Positions 40,422 through 48,143 of a stretch of 64,000 nucleotides of DNA are shown piece after piece (within the stretch, counting starts at the first letter, position 1; each line of letters begins with the position of its first letter). The position numbers were made by a program, and so were the translations under genes. This stretch comes from an uncultured Bacillales bacterium (GTDB lineage: Bacteria > Bacillota_I > Bacilli_A > RF39 > UBA660), in contig CAOJRT010000004.1 of assembly GCA_948442255.1 (NCBI GenBank), positions 4,614 to 68,613 on the forward strand. The letters are read 5' to 3'. Below the pieces are notes generated by a model. That model saw only the letters and a list, made by a program, of their open reading frames with translations. It searched no databases and was not told the origin of the DNA.

Positions 40422-40427
40422 AAAGAT

Positions 40428-40640
40428 AGATTTTCTTATGGAAAGATGAGTACTATATCAGAAGATACAAGAGAGAGGATAATAAGCTGGAAATGCCTCA
40501 TTAGAAGTTATAGGAAAAACAACTTTCTACAAATAAGAACGCAAATAAAGCGTTAAATTAAATGAATGAGAGTACCTATGTAAAGTAAGGTGGCACCGCG
40601 GAATTAGATTTCGTCCTTACAAAAATGGTACTTTTTTATT
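40428..40640 (+). promoter_or_regulatory. T-box riboswitch leader
   Basis: Conserved T-box sequence gtaaGGTGGCACCGCG at 40585-40600. A stem I AG-bulge-like AAGAGAGAGG lies at about 40468-40478, with a GATGAGTA K-turn/S-turn-like element near 40445-40452. The terminator has nested arms agtacc (40571-76)/ggtact (40627-32) and gtaagg (40585-90)/ccttac (40615-20), followed by a T6 run. It sits immediately upstream of an aaRS operon. Confidence 0.8.
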
Positions 40641-40654
40641 TAGGAGGAAAGAAT

Positions 40655-41908
40655 ATGATAACAAAACAAAAAGGAACTTACGACATCTATGGAGAAACTG
40701 CTAAAAAAAGAGCTTATATCAATGAGATTTTAGCTTCTTTATGCGAAAAATATAATTATGGGTACATTGAAACGCCTGTCTTTGAAGCGTCAGAACTATT
40801 TCATAGGGGTGTTGGCGAAGCGACTGATATGGTACAAAAAGAAACCTATGATTTTAAGGACCGAGGGAATCGAGAGATAACACTTAGACCTGAAGGAACA
40901 GCAGGAGTAGTAAGATGGTTTGTTGAAAATAAACTATATGGCAATATGAGTGAACCAGTAAAAGTATTTTATAACATGAAGATGTATCGTTATGAAAGGC
41001 CACAGAGTGGCAGAAATAGAGAGTTTACACAATGGGGGTTTGAGTGCTTTGGAAGTGATGATGTTTTAGCCGATGCAGAAGTAATTAGTCTAGCTTATAA
41101 TGCTTATCGTTTGCTTGGTTTAGACAATATTGTCATAAAATTAAACTCATTAGGGGATACTGCTTCAAGAAACGCTTACCGAGAAGCTTTAATTGCTTAT
41201 TTCAAACCACATATTCATGAATTATGTGAAGATTGTCAAAACAGATTAGAGAAAAATCCTTTACGTATCTTAGATTGTAAAGTAGACCAAGAAAGTGAAA
41301 TACTAAAAAAAGCACCTAAAACGGTTGATTATCTAAACGAAGAGAGTAAAACAAGGTTTACTAAATTACAAGAGCTACTGGATTTAATGGATATCAATTA
41401 TGTTATAGATACAAATCTAGTAAGAGGTCTTGATTATTACAATCATACTGTATTTGAAGTCGTATTGGATAATTCTTACGCATTAGGAGGAGGAGGTCGC
41501 TACAACGGACTTGTCGAGACATTAGGAGGTCCTTCTGTTCCAGGAGTTGGATTTGCTATGGGATACGATAGAACTTTATTAGCGATGGAAGAACATAATA
41601 TTGATATTCCTATCCAAAATACAATTGACTTATATTTACTTTATGTAAGCGAGTGTGAAAAAGAAACGGCTGCTTTCATTGCGCAAGATGTTCGTTTAAA
41701 TGGTTTTATATGCGAAACAGATTTGCTAAGTAAATCATTAAAAGCACAATTTAAAAGTGTAGAACGATTGAATGCAAAGTACTTAATTGTACTGAATGAA
41801 GAAGAAATAAAAAAAGATAGAATAACAATTAAGGATACAGTAACAAAAGAAGAAAAAAGTATGCCAATAACAGACTTAATTGATTATTTAGATATGAATA
41901 GTAGGTGA
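40655..41908 (+). CDS. hisS: Histidine--tRNA ligase
   Basis: Class II motifs 'MYRYERPQSGRNREFTQWGFECFG', 'LRPEGTAGVVR', 'GGGGRYNGLVETLGG' and 'GFAMGYDR'. AGGAGG RBS lies before the ATG at 40655. Confidence 0.95.
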   Translation: MITKQKGTYDIYGETAKKRAYINEILASLCEKYNYGYIETPVFEASELFHRGVGEATDMVQKETYDFKDRGNREITLRPEGTAGVVRWFVENKLYGNMSEPVKVFYNMKMYRYERPQSGRNREFTQWGFECFGSDDVLADAEVISLAYNAYRLLGLDNIVIKLNSLGDTASRNAYREALIAYFKPHIHELCEDCQNRLEKNPLRILDCKVDQESEILKKAPKTVDYLNEESKTRFTKLQELLDLMDINYVIDTNLVRGLDYYNHTVFEVVLDNSYALGGGGRYNGLVETLGGPSVPGVGFAMGYDRTLLAMEEHNIDIPIQNTIDLYLLYVSECEKETAAFIAQDVRLNGFICETDLLSKSLKAQFKSVERLNAKYLIVLNEEEIKKDRITIKDTVTKEEKSMPITDLIDYLDMNSR

Positions 41909-41913
41909 AAGAA

Positions 41914-43275
41914 ATGGATTTAAAAGATTTATTTAAAATAGTAAAAATAGGAGAAGACATTACTATAGAAGGATGGATAAGAAATCATCGTAAACAAAAA
42001 GAGTTCGGTTTTATAGATTTTAGTGATGGCACAACACAAGAGCATTTGCAGGTTGTTTACGATACTTCTTTAGCTAATTTCGAAGAAGTAAACAAATTGC
42101 TAGTTGGCTGTGCAATAAAAGTAAATGGTGTTATTGTCGAATCACAAGGAACGCAAGATATTGAATTAAAAGCAAAAGAAATAGAGTTACTAGGAGATTG
42201 CCCTGCAGATTATCCTATTCAACCAAAAGCTAGACACACTAAAGAATATTTAAGAGAGATTGCTTACCTAAGACCAAGAACAAATCTTTTTCAGGCTGTT
42301 TTTAGAGTTAGAAGTGTTGCAGCTTATGCCATACATAAGTATTTTCAAGAAAAAAACTTTGTTTATTTTCACGCCCCTCTTATTACTTCTAGCGATTGCG
42401 AAGGGGCAGGCGAAATGTTTCAAGTGACAACACTAGATTTAGAAAGAGTAAATGGAAAACCAGATTATACTAAAGATTTCTTTGGTAAAGCAGCTAACTT
42501 AACAGTGAGTGGTCAATTAGAAGCTGAAACATTTGCACTAGCTTACAAAAAAACATATACATTCGGGCCAACATTTAGAGCAGAAAATTCTAATACCAAG
42601 ACACATGCCAATGAGTTTTGGATGATTGAACCAGAAATGGCTTTCACCGATTTAGAAGGTGATATGAATGTTATGGAAGAGATGCTTAAGTATGTAGTTA
42701 ATTATGTATTAGAAAATTCTTCTTTAGAAATTGCTTTTTTTGACAAATTTGTTGAACCAGGTTTAAAAGAAAAATTAGAAACATTAGTTAAATCAAAATT
42801 CATAAGAATTGGCCATGAAGAAGTTATTAAGATATTAAAGGAAGCGGATGTTAAATGGGAATTCGAACCTGAATATGGTGAAGATATTGCTAAAGAACAT
42901 GAAAAATATATTACTGAATACTTTAATGGACCAGTATTTATTAAGAATTGGCCAAAAGATATTAAAGCATTCTATATGAAGCAAAATGCAGATGGTAAAA
43001 CTGTTGCTGCAGTTGACTTAGAAGTCCCTGGAGCTGGAGAGTTAATGGGCGGTTCCCAAAGAGAAGAAAATTACGACAAGTTAGTCGCTCGTATGCAAGA
43101 ACTTGGTATGGAACCAAAAGACTTAGAATGGTATCTAAACTTAAGAAAATTCGGTGGATGTGTTCACTCTGGATTTGGAATGGGATTTGAAAGATTATTA
43201 ATTTACTTAACAGGAGTTGAAAATATCCGTGATGTAATTCCTTACCCAAGAACACCAGGCAACTGCGATTTTTAA
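41914..43275 (+). CDS. asnS: Asparagine--tRNA ligase
   Basis: '[29 protein letters not shown]' and the C-terminal '[36 protein letters not shown]' are near-identical in pattern to AsnRS (E. coli '[28 protein letters not shown]' and '...RDVIPFPRTP'). The size (about 453 aa) fits AsnRS, not bacterial AspRS. Confidence 0.9.
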   Translation: [453 protein letters not shown]

Positions 43276-43292
43276 TAGAAAGGAAGAAATAA

Positions 43293-43589
43293 ATGAGTAA
43301 GTTTACAAAAGAAATGGTAGATGATTATGCGGATAAATTACTTATCGGTTTAACTTCAGAAGAAAATAAAATGGTACTAGATGAATTTGATATTATTGAC
43401 CAAAATTTGGACTTAGTTACACAAATTCCTAATATTAGTGAAGTAGAACCTATGACACACTGTTTAGATGACTTTATTTACGAGTTGAGAGAAGATGTTA
43501 TAGAAGAATCAATTCCTCTAGAAAATCTTCTTCGTAACAGTGACGAAACAGATGGGGACGAAGTACAAGTTCCTAAAGTAGTAGGGTAG
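43293..43589 (+). CDS. gatC: Glu/Asp-tRNA amidotransferase subunit C
   Basis: 98 aa, directly upstream of gatA/gatB. 'VDDYADKLLIGLTSEE...' has the GatC-like pattern. Confidence 0.8.
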   Translation: MSKFTKEMVDDYADKLLIGLTSEENKMVLDEFDIIDQNLDLVTQIPNISEVEPMTHCLDDFIYELREDVIEESIPLENLLRNSDETDGDEVQVPKVVG

Positions 43590-43597
43590 GTGTAAAG

Positions 43598-45055
43598 ATG
43601 AAATACATGAACAAATCAATTGAAGAATTGCATGAACTTTTAGTAAAAGGGGAAGTCACTAGCGAGGAATTAGTAAAAGAATCTTTATCTCTATCTCACG
43701 AAGTACAAAAAAAATGTAATGCATTTGTTACTATTTTAGATGATGCTAGGGGTGGCGTCGTTACGGATAGTTTATTATCTGGTATTCCATATGGAGTTAA
43801 AGATAATTATTCTACTAAAGATATTTTATCTACTGGTTCTTCTAATACTTTAAAAGATTATGTACCATTTTTTAATGCTACTGCAGTAGAACATTTAAAT
43901 GCAACTGGAGCTATAAAGGTGAATAAGACAGCGATGGATGAATTTGGTATGGGAGGAACTGGAACGACTGGACACACTGGAATTCAAAGAAACCCTTGGG
44001 ATACAACTAGACTTTCTGGGGGGTCTTCTTCTGGTTCTGCTGTTGCTGTCGCTACAGGGGTTTATCCATATGCATTAGGTTCTGATACAGGAGATTCAAT
44101 CCGTAAACCTGCTGCATATTGTGGGATTGTTGGATATAAACCAACTTACGGAATGATTTCAAGATATGGGTTATTCCCCTTTGCTTCAAGTTTAGATCAT
44201 TGTGGTGTCTTAACTCGTAATGTCCGCGATGCAGCCATTGTCGTAGACGCGGTGAAAGGGAAAGACAAAAACGATATGACTTCTTGGGATTCAAGCAAGA
44301 TACATTTACTTGCTTCTTGTACAGGAAACGTTTTAGGTAAAAAACTATGTTACATTAAAGAAATCGTTGATAAAGATAACTACCCAAACGCATCAAAAGA
44401 ATTATTAGCCCATTTAGATAATTTTCATAAGACAGTAGAAAAATGTAGAAGCCTTGGAATGATAGTAGAAGAAGTATCAGTGAGTGATGCATTACTTAAA
44501 GCGGAACCTTCTGTCTATGTCGTTATCTCTTGCGCGGAAGCAACAAGTAATTTATCTAATCTAACGGGGATTTGTTTCGGTCCTCGTGGGAAAGGAGATA
44601 ACTACATTGCTATGATGAAAGATCATCGTACAAAAGGTTTCTCTCCCTTAATAAAAAGACGCTTGGTTATTGGTTCTTATGTATTACAAAGAGAAAACCA
44701 AGAAAGATACTTTAAGAATGCTGGGAGAGTAAGAAGACTATTGGTGGATAAATGGAAGGAATTATTTGCTTCTTATGATGCAGTTATTTTACCAGTTGGA
44801 TCTGGACCTGCTAAACATATAGATGGTTCAAAAGATATTTTAGACGAAGATACAGCCATTTTAGAAGAACATTTACAGATTGGTAACTTTGGAGGTTTCC
44901 CCTCTATTACAATTCCAAATGGCTTTGTAAATAATTTACCCGTAGGAGTAAATATTACAGGAAATTGCTATGACGATGAAAATGTCTTAAATATTGCTTA
45001 TGCTCTAGAAAGTGCAATGAATTATAAAGGGCAAATTGCAAAGGAGGTTAAATAA
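43598..45055 (+). CDS. gatA: Glu/Asp-tRNA amidotransferase subunit A
   Basis: Amidase signature 'GGSSSGSAVAVATGVYPYALGSDTGDSIRKPAAYCGIVGYKPTYG'. Confidence 0.95.
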   Translation: MKYMNKSIEELHELLVKGEVTSEELVKESLSLSHEVQKKCNAFVTILDDARGGVVTDSLLSGIPYGVKDNYSTKDILSTGSSNTLKDYVPFFNATAVEHLNATGAIKVNKTAMDEFGMGGTGTTGHTGIQRNPWDTTRLSGGSSSGSAVAVATGVYPYALGSDTGDSIRKPAAYCGIVGYKPTYGMISRYGLFPFASSLDHCGVLTRNVRDAAIVVDAVKGKDKNDMTSWDSSKIHLLASCTGNVLGKKLCYIKEIVDKDNYPNASKELLAHLDNFHKTVEKCRSLGMIVEEVSVSDALLKAEPSVYVVISCAEATSNLSNLTGICFGPRGKGDNYIAMMKDHRTKGFSPLIKRRLVIGSYVLQRENQERYFKNAGRVRRLLVDKWKELFASYDAVILPVGSGPAKHIDGSKDILDEDTAILEEHLQIGNFGGFPSITIPNGFVNNLPVGVNITGNCYDDENVLNIAYALESAMNYKGQIAKEVK

Positions 45056-46506
45056 TGACACAGTATTTAGCTAAAATAGGTATAGAGATGCATTGTGAAA
45101 TGAGTGAAACGAATACTAAAGTATTTAGTGCAGCTAAAAATGCATATAGTGAAACGCCAAATACGAATGTAAGACCTTTAGATATGGGATTCCCTGGTAC
45201 ATTGCCTGTAGTCAATAAAGAAGCGGTAAGACTTGCTTTAATGGCAAGTATAATTCTAAATTGTTCACAGCCTGAATATATATATTTTGAGCGTAAGAAT
45301 TATTATTATCCAGATATGCCAAAAAACTACCAGATTACACAAGAGACAAAACCTATTCCAGTCGGTATTTATGGAAAAGTGGAATATGAATGTGAAGGTG
45401 AATTAAAAACAATTAGAGTAAATAATATCCATTTAGAAGAAGATTCAGCTTCCTTAGACCATTTTTATTCAACAACTAATATTGATTATAATAGAGCAGG
45501 TGTCCCTTTACTTGAATTAGTAACTGAACCAGATATTCATAGTGCGAAGGAAGCTGTTGCTTTCTTAGAACATATGAGAAGTGTTTACCAATACGCTGGT
45601 ATTTCAGAAGCTGATAGTAAAAAGGGCCAGATTCGATGTGACGTTAATATTTCTTTAATGGACGCTTCATTAGATGAAACAGATTCAAACAATTGGGGAA
45701 CTCGTACAGAAATCAAAAATGTTAATTCTTTTGGTGGAGTAAAAGATGCTATCAATTATGAAATAAAACGTCAAACAGAAGTTCTAGAAAGTGGCGGTGT
45801 AATAGAACAAGAAACTCGTCGTTGGGATGAAGAATCTGGTACCACGATTCGTATGCGTAGTAAAGAGGATGCAATCGATTATAAATATTTCGTTGAACCT
45901 AATATTCCTAAATTTAAAATCAATCAAGAATGGTTAGAGGAAATAAAACTCTCCATACCCAAGCTTGCGATGGATCGTAAGAAGGAATATATTGATGAAT
46001 TGGGTTTATCTTCCTATGATGCGGGAGTTCTAGTAAAAGAAAAATCCATCTCTGATTATTTTGAAGAGTGTATCAATATAGGTATAGAAGCCAAAACAGC
46101 AGCTAACTGGATTACCGTTAATATCATTGGAGAATTAAACAAAGAAAACATTAGTATAGATGAATTTTACATTGTTCCAACTATGTTAAAACAAATAATT
46201 GACGCCTTGAAAGATGGTTTCCTTTCTTCCAAACAGGCAAAAGAAGTATTTGCAAAGGCCATTGAAGAGAAAAAAGAACCTAAGACCTTTATCAATAAAG
46301 AAAACGCTCAAATAAGCAATAAAGAAGAACTAGCGCATATCATAGGTGATATCCTAAACATAAACCAGGAGCAAATAGAACAATATAAAAACGGAAGAAA
46401 TAACGTATTTGATTATTTTGTAGGACAAGTCATGAAAAATACCAAAGGAAAAGCAAATCCTGTTCTTACAAAAGAAATTTTACAAGAAGAGTTAAACAAG
46501 AGGTAA
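45055..46506 (+). CDS. gatB: Glu/Asp-tRNA amidotransferase subunit B
   Basis: 'IGIEMHCEM', 'RKNYYYPDMPKNYQITQ', 'IHLEEDSASL', 'DYNRAGVPLLELVTEPD', 'RCDVNISL', and a C-terminal YqeY-like tail. Confidence 0.95.
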   Translation: MTQYLAKIGIEMHCEMSETNTKVFSAAKNAYSETPNTNVRPLDMGFPGTLPVVNKEAVRLALMASIILNCSQPEYIYFERKNYYYPDMPKNYQITQETKPIPVGIYGKVEYECEGELKTIRVNNIHLEEDSASLDHFYSTTNIDYNRAGVPLLELVTEPDIHSAKEAVAFLEHMRSVYQYAGISEADSKKGQIRCDVNISLMDASLDETDSNNWGTRTEIKNVNSFGGVKDAINYEIKRQTEVLESGGVIEQETRRWDEESGTTIRMRSKEDAIDYKYFVEPNIPKFKINQEWLEEIKLSIPKLAMDRKKEYIDELGLSSYDAGVLVKEKSISDYFEECINIGIEAKTAANWITVNIIGELNKENISIDEFYIVPTMLKQIIDALKDGFLSSKQAKEVFAKAIEEKKEPKTFINKENAQISNKEELAHIIGDILNINQEQIEQYKNGRNNVFDYFVGQVMKNTKGKANPVLTKEILQEELNKR

Positions 46507-46518
46507 TCTTGTTTTTTC
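46495..46518 (+). terminator. Intrinsic terminator after gatB
   Basis: aacaaga-ggtaa-tcttgtt followed by tttt. It overlaps the gatB stop. Confidence 0.55.
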
Positions 46519-46583
46519 TAGGTAAATTTGAGAAACAAACAAAAATATGATATAGTGCTAAACGAATGGAGGTATAAAATAAA

Positions 46584-47321
46584 ATGACAGAATATCAAAA
46601 TGCAAGAACAAAAGATGTTATACCAGCTATACAAGGGGCTTTTAAAGATAGTTTTTATTCTTACGATAAACCTATTCATATCGTAGGACAAGACAAATTA
46701 AAAATTCAACCAGAGTGCTTAGACGTATGTAAAATACTAGGAAGTAAAAATATTTTTGCTTATGCTGCACTTGATTATAAAACAAAAGAAAGCTATATTG
46801 AAATAAAGGTAGAGGATATAGCTCCAGAAAATCAAGATATAATCACTTCTTTAAAAGAACCTTATGTGAAAAAAAGAGGAAAAAACAATTCCGTTATAAT
46901 TAGCGTAAAAGGTGTTGGAATAGGACCACAAAAAAGATTAACGGAACTAGCGCAACTCTTCCTTTTACAAGATGTTCCAGAACACAGATTATATATTAGT
47001 AGAGAAGATGTGTTAAAAGAATGTGGATTTGTAAATTCAATCCAAAATTCAAACTACATTCCTTTCGAAGAATTCAACGAAAGAAAAAAGAACTCTAATT
47101 CAAAATGTGAAGACAACACCTTGCAACAAAGAATGCAAGAACATGAATATCAGATAAGGCAAAAGATAGCAGAAAGAGGCTTTACTTTAGATGAGAATAC
47201 AGGTTTATACTATCGAAATGGTGACTACTTTGCAAGGCATCTTGCGTATTTACAAGAAAATATGAGACAAAAAGCAAGAGAAAGGAAGACAACTTTATTG
47301 CAGGAGAAGAAGTTGAAATGA
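46584..47321 (+). CDS. Hypothetical protein A (paralog of the next gene)
   Basis: GGAGGT RBS. 245 aa, no TM helix. It shares ordered blocks with protein B: C..IL.SKNIF.Y...D, I.IK..D...EN.D.I..L, QDVP, IS.ED....CG, Y.P.EE, HL.Y. I recognise no family. Confidence 0.65.
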   Translation: MTEYQNARTKDVIPAIQGAFKDSFYSYDKPIHIVGQDKLKIQPECLDVCKILGSKNIFAYAALDYKTKESYIEIKVEDIAPENQDIITSLKEPYVKKRGKNNSVIISVKGVGIGPQKRLTELAQLFLLQDVPEHRLYISREDVLKECGFVNSIQNSNYIPFEEFNERKKNSNSKCEDNTLQQRMQEHEYQIRQKIAERGFTLDENTGLYYRNGDYFARHLAYLQENMRQKARERKTTLLQEKKLK

Positions 47322-48079
47322 CAAAAAAAGATGGTAATGGTGACGATTTTTTATTAAGAAGTCAGTGGGTATTAGAAAAAGGGTTTTTGCCTTTAAATAA
47401 AGAGTACAATCCACTTCCTCATACAGATCAAGAGGAAGTAGAAAGGTGTCCTAAAAAATATATCATAGCGGAGCTTTTAGAACCTTGTTATATCTTATGG
47501 AGTAAGAATATATTTACTTATATGGTAAGTGACCATTATGATAACTATGTATGGATAGCTATAAAAATAAATGACTTGAGTCTAGAAAATATGGATTATA
47601 TTGCTACTCTTCCAAAGAAGGTAAAATTTGCTCGCGAAGAAGGCTGTATTCATTTGGGAGTGAAAAATAAAGGGGAAGAGGCTAAACGTCTTTTGGTAAA
47701 TATTGTAACTGGTTTTAAAATGCAAGATGTCCCTAAAAGTGCAACTATTTCTTATGAAGATGCGATAATATCTTGTGGGTGTTTTAAAGAAAAACTCAAT
47801 CCCCATTATTTACCGTTAGAAGAATACCAAAGAAGATTCGGTCCTTTACAGTATGGATTTTATTCTGAATATTTAAATAGTATTTATAGCGAAAGAACAA
47901 TTAAGATAATGGATACCTCCAAAGTAAAAGGCAAAAAAGACATTTTATTAAAAAAGAACCATTTTGCGCCATGTGAGGGAATTATTTACAAAAGTCCTTT
48001 CTATTTACAAAAACATCTAAGATATATAAAATATCTAACAACTTTAGAAGAAATGGCAAAGCTAATAAAGAGAAAATGA
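47318..48079 (+). CDS. Hypothetical protein B (paralog of the previous gene)
   Basis: The start ATG overlaps the stop of protein A (ATGA). 253 aa. See the shared blocks listed for protein A. Confidence 0.65.
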   Translation: MTKKDGNGDDFLLRSQWVLEKGFLPLNKEYNPLPHTDQEEVERCPKKYIIAELLEPCYILWSKNIFTYMVSDHYDNYVWIAIKINDLSLENMDYIATLPKKVKFAREEGCIHLGVKNKGEEAKRLLVNIVTGFKMQDVPKSATISYEDAIISCGCFKEKLNPHYLPLEEYQRRFGPLQYGFYSEYLNSIYSERTIKIMDTSKVKGKKDILLKKNHFAPCEGIIYKSPFYLQKHLRYIKYLTTLEEMAKLIKRK

Positions 48080-48093
48080 CTTTCTCTTTTTTT
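48069..48093 (+). terminator. Terminator-like hairpin between protein B and the HerA-like gene
   Basis: agagaaa-atgac-tttctct followed by a T6 run. It overlaps the stop codon of protein B. Confidence 0.5.
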
Positions 48094-48143
48094 CATTCGT
48101 AAAATATGATATGATTAGTAATAGAATAAAAGAGGTGTAGAGG

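Noticed and set aside
41914-43275. Second synthetase assumed to be AspRS because of hisS-aspS synteny
   Set aside because: Motif 2 ([16 protein letters not shown]), the C-terminal [10 protein letters not shown] tail and the size of about 453 aa are AsnRS features. Bacterial AspRS is about 590 aa with an insertion domain.
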